This document shows, piece after piece, positions 1 through 10,866 of a stretch of DNA of 64,000 nucleotides; position 1 is the stretch's first letter; each line of letters begins with the position of its first letter. The stretch is from the NCBI GenBank assembly GCA_963665115.1, contig OY762007.1:4640001-4704000 (forward strand), written 5' to 3'. The notes beneath the pieces are model-generated. The model did no database searches and had not been told where the DNA came from. It saw nothing but the letters and a program-made list of their open reading frames with translations. Made by a program: the position numbers and the translations under genes. The stretch comes from an uncultured Rivularia sp. GTDB taxonomy: Bacteria; Cyanobacteriota; Cyanobacteriia; Cyanobacteriales; Nostocaceae.

Positions 1-1246
1 GTTCAAAAATACGCGATTGTACATCTTCGGGAATTCCGGAACCGGAGTCGGTAATTTCGACTTTTAATGAGTTTTCAAAGTGAGAAGTTGTAATTTTTAA
101 AATGCCTTTTTCGTTCATTCCATCAATGGCATTATCGATTAAATTTGTCCAAACTTGGTTCAGTTCGCTACCGTAAGCAAGAATTTGAGGAAGGTTTTCT
201 CCATAGCAACGCTGAATTTCAATTCCATGTTTTAGCTTGAAAGAAAATAGTTTTATCGTATCTTCTAAACCTTGATGAATGTCTACCCACTGTTGAGCGC
301 CACGATCTAAATGAGAGTATGATTTCATCGAATGTACTAAATCCGAAATCCGTTCGGCACCGCGCAAACCGTTTTTAATCGTAGACATGACATCAAAGGA
401 AATCGCCAGCCAGCGTATTCCCATGTCTCTAAGTTCGGTGGTATCATCTCGCCAGCGCTCCATCATTGTATCCAGCAGTTTTACGTCTACTCCACCTGCG
501 GCTAAAGGCTCGGCAATATTCCAAGCCTTTTCTACTCCATAATCTTCTAGCCAATCAAGTAGCTCATCTTCCCTGTCAGCTATTGTCATCGGATCTAATT
601 TGTCATTATTAATGATGTCGTAGCCGTCATCCCTAATTTTTGTCCATTTCTCGGTATGTTCGTCTTCTACCCGATGCTGCCCGTAAACTAAGTTCATGCG
701 CTGCAATTCCAGCAATGCCGGGGTGACGTCTTTCAAAGCCCGAACTAAAGCAGCAGCAGGGTTATTAAGTTCGTGTGCTAAACCCGCAGCCATCGTACCT
801 AAAGCCGCCATTTTTTCGCGGTTGCGGATAAAAGATTCTAGTCCCCGCAATCTTGTTTGAACTGCACGAAATATTGTTGTTTCAAATTCACGACATTGGT
901 GAAGCAATTCTAAAAAGTCTTCTGCGGGAAGTTCGTAAACGCGACAGTCATTTAAAGCCCTTAACTGAACCATAATTGGTTCGTCGGTAAGGATAGGAAT
1001 CTCCCCCACAAATTCCGGTGCTGTATGCTGTCCCAAAGGCATTTCCACACCATCGGAATGACGAGTGATACCAAGTTTACCCGCCATCAAAATAAATAAA
1101 CCTCGCGGTGGATCGTTTTCATAAACCAGGATTTTACCTTGCGAGAGCTTGATTTCCTCAGCGCGATCGCAAACCCATTCCAACCGACTCTGAGGAAGTA
1201 TTTTAAATAATTCCAGAGTTTGCAATTCTTCAGAACATAATGTCAT
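1..1246 (-). CDS. Sensor histidine kinase with N-terminal cyclic-nucleotide-binding-like domain (3' end runs off the window)
   Basis: Manual translation from ATG at 1246 (MTLCSEELQTLELF...). H-box MAALGTMAAGLAHELNNP, N-box ELNQVWTNLIDNAID, G1 ITDSGSGIP. Absent from the ORF track because it is truncated. Confidence 0.85.
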   Translation of the reverse strand, partial: MTLCSEELQTLELFKILPQSRLEWVCDRAEEIKLSQGKILVYENDPPRGLFILMAGKLGITRHSDGVEMPLGQHTAPEFVGEIPILTDEPIMVQLRALNDCRVYELPAEDFLELLHQCREFETTIFRAVQTRLRGLESFIRNREKMAALGTMAAGLAHELNNPAAALVRALKDVTPALLELQRMNLVYGQHRVEDEHTEKWTKIRDDGYDIINNDKLDPMTIADREDELLDWLEDYGVEKAWNIAEPLAAGGVDVKLLDTMMERWRDDTTELRDMGIRWLAISFDVMSTIKNGLRGAERISDLVHSMKSYSHLDRGAQQWVDIHQGLEDTIKLFSFKLKHGIEIQRCYGENLPQILAYGSELNQVWTNLIDNAIDGMNEKGILKITTSHFENSLKVEITDSGSGIPEDVQSRIFE

Positions 1247-1395
1247 TGTTAGTTGTTAGTTGTTAGTGGTTAGTTGTTAGTTGATAGGGGTAAGTGGCGG
1301 GTTAGTTCTTCTTCCCCCTCTTCCCCCTCTTCCCCCTCTTCCCCCTCTTCTTCTTCCCATCCCCTATGCCCTATGCCCAATCCCCAATTCCCAAA

Positions 1396-3062
1396 TTACA
1401 AAACTTTACTCAAGTAGTTATGAACAAACTGCACGCAAATTGAACCTTCACCGACTCCGGAAGCTACTCGTTTTACCGAACCGTGACGCACGTCTCCTAC
1501 CGCAAATATACCGGGGACGTTTGTTTCTAATAAAAAGGGGGTCGCGGTCTAAAATCCATCCTTTGGGACGATTGTTACCGTTGTGTTTTAAATCTGGGCC
1601 AGTACGAACAAAACCGCGATCATCTTTTTCTAAAACTCCATCCAGCCATTCGGTACTGGGTTTTGCTCCGATAAATATAAACAGCGAATTTGCGGGTACT
1701 GTTTCTTGTTCGTCGGTCAAATTATTAACTAAAGTCAGTTCTGATAAGCTGGTTTCGCCTTTTGCTTCAACGACACTTGTATTTATCTTGACTTCAATAT
1801 TCGGCGTGGCTTCAATTTGCTCGATTAAATATTGAGACATACTTTTAGTCAAGGAATCGCCGCGCACCAAAATAATTACTTTGCTGGCGTATTTAGAAAA
1901 ATACATTGCTCCCTGTCCGGCAGAATTCGCCGCACCGATGATATATACTTCCTCGCCTTCGCAGGAACGGGCTTCTGTCTGGGCTGCACCGTAGTAAACA
2001 CCTGCACCAGTCAAACGCTCGATTCCCGGTACGTTTAACCTTCGCCAAGCTACACCTAAAGCTAAAATCAATGCATGACAGCTAATTTCGCCACCGTCTT
2101 TTAGCTGAATGATTCGATACTGGTCTTGTACGCGAATTCCCTCTACTTCTTGGGGCGTAAGAATCTCTACACCAAACCTTCTAGCTTGAGTTACAGCCCG
2201 TCGCGCTAAATCTCCACCGCTTAAACCGACGGGGAATCCCAAGTAATTTTCAATACGCGAACTCGTCCCAGCTTGTCCTCCCGGCGCTTCTTTTTCGATC
2301 ATTATCGTTCGCAATCCTTCGGAAGCACCATACACCGCAGCAGCTAAACCCGCAGGACCTCCACCAACAATAATTAAATCGTAAAAGGGTTTATCAGCTT
2401 GGGTTTGTAAACCGATTTTTTCTGCAAGTTGAACGTTGCTTGGTTGCAACATAGAAGCACCATCGGAGAAAAGCACCAAAGGTAAATTTAAACGATCGCA
2501 ATCTGCATATTCAACCAATTTTTGAGCTTCTTCCGAAGATTCAATATCCAACCATTCATAAGGAACTTGATTTCGTGCCAAAAAATCTTTAACCTGGTGA
2601 GAATCCGGCGACCAACGATTACCGATAACGCGAATACCTTCAAATGGTGGACGAAAATGCGCCATCCAATCGTCAATTAGATCGTCGATTACCGGAAATA
2701 GTTTTTCTTGAGGTGGGGTCCCAAGGTTTCATTAAATAGTAGTCAACTTGAGTTTTATTAATCGCATTAATAGCCGCATCGGTATCCGCATAAGCAGTAA
2801 GTAAAGCGCGTTTGGCATTGGGATACATTTCTAATCCCTTCTCCAAAAATTCCACCCCAGACATTTGCGGCATTCTTTGATCCGCTAAAAACAAAGCTAC
2901 CGTTTCATTGCGAAGCTTGAGCTTTTCCAGAGTTTCTAAAGCAGTCTTACCAGAATCCGCACGCATAATCCGAAAGCGATCGCCGTATTGCTGCCGTAAA
3001 TCTCGCGCTACCGCTTGCAACACTTGCGGATCGTCATCAACCGTTAAAATTACAGGCTTCAT
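1396..3062 (-). CDS. Response-regulator receiver / glutaredoxin-like / thioredoxin-reductase-like (FAD) fusion, read through two apparent +1 frameshifts
   Basis: ORF 2673..3068 (receiver: VDDD, DQRMP, LTA, KPW) and ORF 1448..2665 (GGGPAG, GAANSAG) join if one G is removed from 2715-2718 (WDPPQEKLFPVIDDLIDDWMA). Removing one G at 1537-1541 gives a TrxB-type C-terminus ETNVPGIFAVGDVRHGSVKRVASGVGEG ending at the stop at 1396-1398. Confidence 0.85.
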
Positions 3063-3176
3063 AATCAATTATCAGTGAACAGTTATCAGTGAACAGTGCA
3101 GAGTTGGGGATTGGGGATTGGGGATGGGGGATTGGGGATTGGGGATTGGGTATTTTTTTGATATGGAAAACAACAA

Positions 3177-3198
3177 GGGAGCAAGATGCTCCCACTAC
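3177..3198 (-). repeat. REP variant GTAGT-GGGAGCA-TCT-TGCTCCC
   Basis: Same architecture as the RAYT-flanking REP, with compensatory stem changes. Confidence 0.7.
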
Positions 3199-3284
3199 AA
3201 ATAAATTTCTAATTTTATAATTATTAACTCATCTTTTCCCCATCTCCCCTTGTCTCCTTGTCCCCTTGTCTCCCCATCTTCTCG

Positions 3285-3680
3285 TTAAACGAGCATCTGA
3301 TAAAGACCAATCAAATTCTCATCTGGATCGCGTAGGTAAGCTGTTTTAATCCCGTACATAGGATTGTTCATTGGTTCTGTGGTTAATTTGATTCCTTTTT
3401 GTTTAAGTTTTATACATTCATCTTCTAAATCATTAACTGTAAAAATTAAGGCTACGGTGTCTTGACATTCTGCTGTTGGGGGCTTTTCATGGTTGTGAAT
3501 CATCTGCGCCATTTCCGAACGTCGGAAGATACTAAGTCTCATATCTGCAACATTAAATTCCGCGTATCCGCCTCGTTCGTCTTCTTGCGTTACTTTAAAT
3601 TCCATGATGTCTTTGTAGAAACTTACGCAGGCTTTCCAATCGTTAACAAGCAATCTGGTAAAGGATTTATAGACTTTCAT
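3285..3680 (-). CDS. VOC/glyoxalase family protein
   Basis: 131 aa; FY-x-x-x-x-F N-terminal motif and YG-x-x-x-A-Y-L-R-D-P-D-x-N C-terminal motif. Confidence 0.85.
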   Translation of the reverse strand: MKVYKSFTRLLVNDWKACVSFYKDIMEFKVTQEDERGGYAEFNVADMRLSIFRRSEMAQMIHNHEKPPTAECQDTVALIFTVNDLEDECIKLKQKGIKLTTEPMNNPMYGIKTAYLRDPDENLIGLYQMLV

Positions 3681-3727
3681 TTTTTTTGGATTCCCCTGTA
3701 TAAATCAAATAAAGTTGATAGTTGTTT

Positions 3728-3814
3728 CCTATTCCCTACTCCCTACTCCCTACTCCCTACTCCCTACTCCCTACTCCCTACTCCCTACTCCCTATTCCCT
3801 ACTCCCTACTCCCT
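3728..3814. repeat. STRR-type heptamer tandem repeat (CCCTACT)n, about 12 copies
   Basis: Directly visible; typical of heterocyst-forming cyanobacteria. Confidence 0.95.
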
Positions 3815-3822
3815 TTAAAAAA

Positions 3823-4446
3823 TCAAGACATACCTTGCATTTCTAAAGCTTTTTTAACGCCTGCATCGGCGGACATTTCTTCTCGGAAGCGCTTCAGGTT
3901 TGGGTAATCATTAATATCGATTGGTGTTTGGTCGATCCAGCGCGTGATAACGTAAAGATAAGGATCGGCTACGGTACGTCCATGAGCAATTGGATGTTTA
4001 TCTAAACGCTCGTTTAAGGTTTTATAATGTTCGCGGAGGCGCTTGTAAGTTGCCTGACGCAAGGCATCATACTGACTTTCATCATCAATAAACTTCTGTG
4101 GTGCAAAGTGCGGTGCAAAGTCGGCGTGTACTTCGCTAGTCATATAGGAAAGCCATTCTTCAAGTAGGTAACGCTCGTAAGCATCATTGCCCCTACCGAG
4201 ATTGGCTTGAGGATATCGATCTATTAAATACATTAAAATAGCGGCGGCTTCTGTAAGTACCTTGCCATCTTCGATAACTAAAGCAGGTACCTTACCCTTT
4301 GGGTTTACCTTTAAATACTCTGGTTTGAGGTGTTCGCCGTGCTTCATCACTTCAAGTTCGTAAGGTTCGCCAATCCACTCAAGCGCTATATGAGGGGCTA
4401 AAGCGCAAGTGCCTGACATGGTGTAAAGTTTTGGTGATGTTGACAT
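3823..4446 (-). CDS. Glutathione S-transferase (beta-class-like)
   Basis: GTCALAPHIALE, NPKGKVPAL, TEAAAIL, TVADPYL. Confidence 0.9.
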   Translation of the reverse strand: MSTSPKLYTMSGTCALAPHIALEWIGEPYELEVMKHGEHLKPEYLKVNPKGKVPALVIEDGKVLTEAAAILMYLIDRYPQANLGRGNDAYERYLLEEWLSYMTSEVHADFAPHFAPQKFIDDESQYDALRQATYKRLREHYKTLNERLDKHPIAHGRTVADPYLYVITRWIDQTPIDINDYPNLKRFREEMSADAGVKKALEMQGMS

Positions 4447-4488
4447 GATAGGTAGATTTCCTGTTTTGTGTTTATGTTGCTCAAAAAA

Positions 4489-6699
4489 TCAAATTAATTT
4501 ATCTGGCGTAATTGGTAGATCGCGAATGCGTTTACCTGTGGCATGATAAATCGCATTGGCTACCGCCGCTCCAGCACCAACAATACCAATTTCACCGACT
4601 CCTTTCACTCCTAAAGGATTGATATATGGGTCATTTTCTTCGATAAAAACGACTTCGATATCGGGAATATCAGCATTGACGGGAATCAGATATTCGGCAA
4701 GGTTGTGATTAACAAAGTTTCCATAGCGCTCGTCAAGAATGCTTTTTTCATGCAACGCTTGAGATATACCCCAAACTATACCGCCAATCATTTGCGATCG
4801 CGCTGTCTTTTGGTTAAGTATTTTTCCTGCACCAAATGCACCTAAAAACCGAGAAACTTTTACCATCCCGTTGATTGGATCTACCTTAACTTCGGCAAAG
4901 TGTGCGCCAAACGAATGCATGGAATATTTTTTTCTGGCTTCGTCGGGTTTAGATTCTACTTGCACGGATACTTCTTTAAGCTTGTTTCTACTCAAAATTT
5001 CTGCAAAAGTTTCTCCCTTCGATGCATCTTTAACAAAAACGCCACCATCTCTAACTTCTAATTCTGCTGCTTTCAAATTCTTCAGTGCCGAAAGATTATC
5101 TTCTCGCACTAAGGACACCATTTTATCGCGGAGTGCCATACAGGCTTCATATACCGCGCTACCGTAAGAAGCCGCACCCCAAGAGCCACCGGAACCGGGA
5201 GAAGGTGGTAATTCGGAATCGCCAATTTCTACCGCTACTTTATCTGGCGATACTTGTAATACTTCTGCTGCTACTTGCGCCAATATTGTATACGTGCCTG
5301 TACCGATGTCAGTTGCTGCAATTTGCACCAGTAAATTACCATTTGGCATAATTTGAGCGCGGGCTGTAGCGGCTTGTCTATTGGTGGGATAAGTGGCTGT
5401 AGCTACACCATAACCAACTAAGTAACGACCGTCGCGCATTGAGCCTGGATTGGGATTGCGCTTTTCCCAGCCGAAGCGTTTTGCACCTTCTCGCAAACTT
5501 TCCACAAGGGAACGACTCGACCAAGGTAAGTTTTTATAAGGGTCTTGGGGCGGGTCATTAATTATACGCAACTCAATCGGATCGATGTTGAGTTTATAAG
5601 CTAATTCATCCATCGCCGATTCCAAAGCGTACATTCCCGGTGTTTCGCCAGGGGCACGCATGATGGTTGGTACTACCATATTTAAAGGTACGGCGCGATG
5701 GGTAACAAGCACGTTGGGGGCATTGTATATCATGTTAGTAGCTCCACCAACGTGTTCGACAAATTCTTTGTCGATATTGGTTTGTGTGGTAATTTCGTGC
5801 GCTATAGCCGTTAGTTTACCGTCTTTCGTCGCACCCAAACGAATCTTTTGCAAAGAATAGGGACGACAGCCCACCGAATTAAACATTTGCTGACGCGATA
5901 ATGCAAGTTTAACCGGGCGTTTGACTTGCTGCGCCGCCATCGCAGCCAAAATAACGTGTTCCCGCACCGGGAATTTGCAGCCAAATCCACCACCAATAAA
6001 CCGCGAAATTACCTGTACGTTTTCAATCGGAATTCCAAAAGTATTAGCTACGGCTTTTTGTGCCCCCATCACGTGTTGCGATGCATCATAAAGCGTCAGT
6101 TTATTACCTTGCCAAACGGCGGTAGTTGCCGAAGGTTCCATCGGATTATGATGTTCGATCGGTGTTGAGTAATTTTCGTCTAACTTTACTTCTGCTGCTT
6201 GCAAACCTTTGTTAACGTCACCGCGCCCAGAATCGGGTTCCAAAGGAACCAACAATCTTTCCGGCTTGTAGGCAAGACTAAGATTTTTTTCTAAACTTAG
6301 CGTAGGGGTTTCGGGGAGATAAGTTACTTTAACTAACTTAGCCGCATATTCAGCTTGTTCTAATGTTTGTGCAATTACGACACCTATATGCTGTCCGTAA
6401 AAATTAATTTTATTATCTTGCAATACCGGAAGCGGTTTAACTAAAGGGTTGCCGCCAGATTCATTATTTGTTTGTCCGACTTTAGGTGCATTTTGGTGAG
6501 TAATAACCGCAATCACGCCTGGTAGCTTTTCCGCCGCACTGCTATCAATATTGCGGATACTTCCCTTAGCAATTTTGCTTTCAATGACAACAGCATGAGC
6601 CATATTTTGTAAGGGATATTCAGCAGCATAAAGCGCCTTACCAGTTACCTTCAGTCTGCCATCTATTCTACTTAGCGGTTTACCAATTGGATTAGTCAT
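4489..6699 (-). CDS. Xanthine dehydrogenase family molybdopterin-binding subunit (PaoC/YagR-like)
   Basis: KVTGKALYAAE, HHNPMEP, GGGFGCK, MRAPG, DIGTGT, KGVGEIG; operon with FAD and 2Fe-2S subunits. Confidence 0.93.
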   Translation of the reverse strand: MTNPIGKPLSRIDGRLKVTGKALYAAEYPLQNMAHAVVIESKIAKGSIRNIDSSAAEKLPGVIAVITHQNAPKVGQTNNESGGNPLVKPLPVLQDNKINFYGQHIGVVIAQTLEQAEYAAKLVKVTYLPETPTLSLEKNLSLAYKPERLLVPLEPDSGRGDVNKGLQAAEVKLDENYSTPIEHHNPMEPSATTAVWQGNKLTLYDASQHVMGAQKAVANTFGIPIENVQVISRFIGGGFGCKFPVREHVILAAMAAQQVKRPVKLALSRQQMFNSVGCRPYSLQKIRLGATKDGKLTAIAHEITTQTNIDKEFVEHVGGATNMIYNAPNVLVTHRAVPLNMVVPTIMRAPGETPGMYALESAMDELAYKLNIDPIELRIINDPPQDPYKNLPWSSRSLVESLREGAKRFGWEKRNPNPGSMRDGRYLVGYGVATATYPTNRQAATARAQIMPNGNLLVQIAATDIGTGTYTILAQVAAEVLQVSPDKVAVEIGDSELPPSPGSGGSWGAASYGSAVYEACMALRDKMVSLVREDNLSALKNLKAAELEVRDGGVFVKDASKGETFAEILSRNKLKEVSVQVESKPDEARKKYSMHSFGAHFAEVKVDPINGMVKVSRFLGAFGAGKILNQKTARSQMIGGIVWGISQALHEKSILDERYGNFVNHNLAEYLIPVNADIPDIEVVFIEENDPYINPLGVKGVGEIGIVGAGAAVANAIYHATGKRIRDLPITPDKLI

Positions 6700-6942
6700 T
6701 ATTGTGATTTTAGATTTTAGATTGAAAGTTAGGAGTGAGTAGCGAGTAGAAAGTAGCGAGTAGAGGTAGTGAGAAATAAATTAACTATTAAGGCAACTAG
6801 CTAGAAAGGAGTAGTTAAATATTGCGATTGAAAGCCGTCTTTACAAAATCTGTTATTCAATCTTCTTCAAACCTCATATTTCTTATTACTTGCCACTCGC
6901 TACTTTAAGAATTTCTCTGCCCCATGCCCTATGCCCTATGCC

Positions 6943-7935
6943 CTATTCCCAGTTTCCTTGCGCTGCTGCACTCAAAGCTTGCACGATCGCCCTCTTCGTC
7001 ATTTCCACTTTAAAAGCATTATGTTCGTAGGTTTTCGCGCCTTTTACCGCTGCCTCTGCTGCTGCTTGAAATGTCTTTTCGTCAGCTTTGGCATTATCAA
7101 GAATTTTCTCTGCTTCGGTTGCACGCCAAGGTTTGTGTGCTACACCACCTAACGCCAATCTTCCCATGCGAATAGTACCGTTATTATCCATTTCTAAAGC
7201 AGCAGCTACAGAAATTAAAGCAAAAGCATAGGATTGTCTATCTCTAACTTTCAAATAATGCGAGTTTTCTGCAAATGGCGATTCTGGTAAAAGTACTGCC
7301 ACTATTAATTCATCTGGCTGCAACTCAGTTTCAATTTGCGGGGTATTTCCAGGTAATCGATGAAAATCAGCAGCTTCGATCAACCGCTCTCCTTTTGAAC
7401 CTTTAACTTTAACTACAGCATCCAAAGCTGCCAGCGCGACGCACATATCGGAAGGATGAGTCGCGATACACTCTTCAGAAGCACCTAAAATAGCGTGAAT
7501 GCGGTTAAAACCTTCAAGCGCCGCACAACCAGAGCCAGGTAAACGTTTATTACAAGGCATCGCCGTATTATAAAAGTAATAACAGCGAGTCCTTTGCATC
7601 AAATTTCCCCCTGTAGTTGCCATATTTCGTAATTGCGGCGAAGCACCAGCAAGCACAGCTTCCGACAACAGCGGATAACGTTTTCTAATCGTGGGATGGT
7701 TTGCCATATCGCTGTTTTTTACCAAAGCCCCGACACTCAAACCATTATTTATCCCTTCAATTTTCTCCAACTCCAACCGATTAATATCTACGAGTTGATT
7801 AGGCTGCTCCACACCTTCCTTCATCAAATCCAGAAGATTAGTTCCACCCGCGATAAACTTTGTTTTTTTGGCTGCGGCAACACTTTTAACAGCCGCATCT
7901 TGATTGTCTGCACGAATATAAGTAAATGGATTCAT
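6943..7935 (-). CDS. Xanthine dehydrogenase family FAD-binding subunit (PaoB/YagS-like)
   Basis: AGGTNLLDLMK, GASPQLRNMATTGGN, RCYYF...CNKR...GC 4Fe-4S insert, KVRDRQSYAFA. Confidence 0.93.
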   Translation of the reverse strand: MNPFTYIRADNQDAAVKSVAAAKKTKFIAGGTNLLDLMKEGVEQPNQLVDINRLELEKIEGINNGLSVGALVKNSDMANHPTIRKRYPLLSEAVLAGASPQLRNMATTGGNLMQRTRCYYFYNTAMPCNKRLPGSGCAALEGFNRIHAILGASEECIATHPSDMCVALAALDAVVKVKGSKGERLIEAADFHRLPGNTPQIETELQPDELIVAVLLPESPFAENSHYLKVRDRQSYAFALISVAAALEMDNNGTIRMGRLALGGVAHKPWRATEAEKILDNAKADEKTFQAAAEAAVKGAKTYEHNAFKVEMTKRAIVQALSAAAQGNWE

Positions 7936-8044
7936 AAAATAGTTAGTTGTTAGTTGTTAGTGGTTAGTTGTTAGTAGTTAGGAATTAACAATTTTCTACC
8001 CCCTCTTCCCCCTCTTCCCCCTCTCTTCTTATCTCCCTATCTCC

Positions 8045-8683
8045 CTACACTTCACCGCTCGCTTCCTTAACAGCTGCAACAATACCGGGATAAGCTCCGC
8101 AACGGCAAAGATTTCCGCTCATTCTTTCGCTGATTTCAGCATTGGTAAATTCTATTTGCCCTTCTTTTCTTACATCGGTTGTTACCGCGCTGGCTCTACC
8201 TTGTTTAGCTTCTGCAATTGCCGCAACCGCAGAACAAATTTGACCGGGGGTACAGTATCCGCACTGAAAACCGTCGTGTTTAATAAAGGCTGCCTGTACC
8301 GGATGTAGTTCGTCTCCTTGCGCTAATCCTTCGATGGTGGTGATTTCTGCACCTTCGTTCATAATTGCTAGCGTCAGACAAGAATTAATTCGCCTTCCGT
8401 TAACTAACACCGTACAAGCGCCACATTGCCCGTGTCCGCAACCTTTTTTAGTACCAGTTAAACCAATATATTCACGCAAAGCATCGAGTAAAGTCACTCG
8501 CGGTTCAACTTGTAAATTTTGCTCTTTACCGTTGATTTTCAGCTTGATGTTAACCGTATCGCTTTGTGAAGGCTGCGGTGTTGTTTGCGCTAAAGTCTTT
8601 TTTGTAAATTTACCAATTACAGTTGCTAATGCGCCGACGAAGGTTAACTGTCCGAATCTTCGCCTTCTTAATTTGACTTTCAT
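8045..8683 (-). CDS. 2Fe-2S subunit with twin-arginine leader (PaoA/YagT-like)
   Basis: GTKKGCGHGQCGACT, NSCL, QCGYCTPG, NLCRC; N-terminal RRRRF followed by a hydrophobic stretch. Confidence 0.92.
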   Translation of the reverse strand: MKVKLRRRRFGQLTFVGALATVIGKFTKKTLAQTTPQPSQSDTVNIKLKINGKEQNLQVEPRVTLLDALREYIGLTGTKKGCGHGQCGACTVLVNGRRINSCLTLAIMNEGAEITTIEGLAQGDELHPVQAAFIKHDGFQCGYCTPGQICSAVAAIAEAKQGRASAVTTDVRKEGQIEFTNAEISERMSGNLCRCGAYPGIVAAVKEASGEV

Positions 8684-8827
8684 TACTTAAGTAACTAATA
8701 GGATTCTTATAGAAAACCAGCAGCTATCTAACTACAGTTTCCCGATAAATATAAGTTATAGAATATCAGCCTTAAGATTGATTAGTCTTCTAACTAAAGG
8801 AATATGCAATTTTGTGGCGAAAAGTTC

Positions 8828-9121
8828 GTAGGTTGGGTTAGACGCACGCAGAATAATAGTTGGCAACTCAAAATTCTTGTCTTGCGTCGTAACCCAACAT
8901 CTTTATTATTAGTCGTTTAAGCTCGTAGGTTGGGTTAGACGCACCAAAAATAATAGTTGCCTTCCTAAAATTTATCGAAGCGTCGTAACTCAACATCATT
9001 ATTCGTCGTTTAAGCAAATATATTGTTATTTATAAGGCATAGAAGTAATGTTGGGTTACGACACGATTAAATAGATTGAAGTGACTTGCACAAATTTTCC
9101 TTCGTGTCTAACCCAACCTAC
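8828..9121. repeat. Cluster of GTAG-GTTGGGTT...AACCCAAC REP-like palindromes (two direct, one inverted)
   Basis: GTAGGTTGGGTTAGACGCA at 8828 and about 8926; inverted copy ending AACCCAACCTAC at 9121; same family at 33719-34039 and about 48196. Confidence 0.8.
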
Positions 9122-9150
9122 ATACTCTCAATTACCAAATACCAATCCCC

Positions 9151-10296
9151 TCATGTCGTAACAATATCATTCGCAGCCGCCCATTGAGCAATATCCTGCT
9201 TCTGAATCGCTGCTGCCATTAAGTCGGGGAATTTATCCGGGCTACAGGCAAAAGCTGGACTGCCCATTTTGGCGAATTCTTCTGCTATTCTATGGTCGTA
9301 CATTGGTGCGCCTTCGTCATTTAATGCCAGTAAAGTTACTAACTGCACGCCAGAATTAACGATTGCTGCAACACGCTTTAACATTTGGCGGCGATCGCCA
9401 CCTTCGTACAAGTCGCTAATTAATACAAGAATGGTATCTTGGGGTTTTTGAATAAAGCTTTGACAATAAGCCAGCGCTTGATTAATGTCGGTACCGCCAC
9501 CCAGTTGAGTGCCAAACAGTAAATCTACTGGATCTTGGGCTTCATCGGTTAAATCTGCAACCGCCGTATCGAAGACAATTATCCGTGTTTGAATTGCGGC
9601 TAAAGATGCTAAAACTGCTCCAAAAATTCCTGCATAAACTACAGAAGTTGCCATCGAACCGCTTTGGTCAATGCAAAGTATAATATTCCGTAAATTGCTG
9701 CGTTTGCGTCCGTAACCAATGCGAGTTTCAGGAATAATTGTGCGGTATTCTGGTTGATAGTGTTTTAAATTAGCGCGGATGGTGCGGTTCCAGTCGATTT
9801 CGTTATGGCGGGGGCGACGGTTGCGGATAGCGCGGTTGAGGCTTCCCATCACGGCTTGCTGGGTGGGGTTTGTCAGTTTGCGCTGCAATTCTTCGACGAC
9901 GCGACGCACCACTTGACGGGCAGTATCTTTGGTTTTTTCTGGCATGATATTGCTCAAAGACAGCAAATCTGCAACCAAATGTACGTCTGGTTCCACTGCC
10001 GATAGCATTTCTGGTTGGAGTAACATTTGACGCAGGTTGAGACGTTCGAGTGCGTCTTGCTGCATGACTTTTACCACCGATGAAGGGAAATAACTGCGAA
10101 TATCTCCCAGCCAACGCGCAACCTTTGGTGAGGAACTACCCAAGCCCCCAGAGCGTTCGGAATCATACAGTGCATCTAAGGATTTATCAATTTTGGCATC
10201 AGTACCAGTTAATTTGCAGCCAGTACCATCAGCTTTTTGGCTGCCAAGGATGAGTCGCCAGCGGCGCAGACGTTCGTTGTTTGATTTTTCAGTCAT
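9151..10296 (-). CDS. VWA-domain protein (YehP/CoxE-like)
   Basis: RWRLILG N-terminus; MIDAS residues DQSGS, GGTDI, ISDLYEGG. Confidence 0.88.
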   Translation of the reverse strand: MTEKSNNERLRRWRLILGSQKADGTGCKLTGTDAKIDKSLDALYDSERSGGLGSSSPKVARWLGDIRSYFPSSVVKVMQQDALERLNLRQMLLQPEMLSAVEPDVHLVADLLSLSNIMPEKTKDTARQVVRRVVEELQRKLTNPTQQAVMGSLNRAIRNRRPRHNEIDWNRTIRANLKHYQPEYRTIIPETRIGYGRKRSNLRNIILCIDQSGSMATSVVYAGIFGAVLASLAAIQTRIIVFDTAVADLTDEAQDPVDLLFGTQLGGGTDINQALAYCQSFIQKPQDTILVLISDLYEGGDRRQMLKRVAAIVNSGVQLVTLLALNDEGAPMYDHRIAEEFAKMGSPAFACSPDKFPDLMAAAIQKQDIAQWAAANDIVTT

Positions 10297-10866
10297 ATCG
10301 ATTTGACATTTTACAAAATTTTTATATTAGAACTTATGCGTAAATCGTAATCAATACAAAATAATATCGTAAGTTATATAATTTTTTTGACTTAATCTAT
10401 CTGAGGCTAGATTAATTATTTTGAAGCACATTATATAAACGAGATTGCAAACTATATATATCAAGTCTAAAAATATTGACGTAAATGCGATAAATAATTA
10501 TTTAGGGTTCAATCTGCCACGAAACATAGATATCGTATTGCATAGTAGAAAATAGCCGAACTTTTTTAATTGTCAGGTGTTAGGGATTTATAAGATTTGA
10601 TATTTTTAAAGTTTATTCCGGTATGAAGTTTAGAATAAGTCACGATTAAAACTTGAATTTGATTAGCTAATAAATTATTACTTCTATCTTTTGATTAACT
10701 CATTCACTGTTCTTTCGGTAGAAGCAAAATTTAGAAAAGCTTGAGATGATTTAGATGTACGCTAACAAAACGTTGAAGAAAGTTTTGCAGCAGATGCCAG
10801 ACGTGTAAATCTTGATTTAGAGATACACCTATAGCGTAAATACTATTGTTAATTAGGAGGTCAAGA

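Noticed and set aside
1281..1835. 184-aa plus-strand ORF with PPLPPL and similar ORFs (3462..3818, 3722..3907, 43982..44242)
   Set aside because: Built from STRR tracts and antisense to real genes
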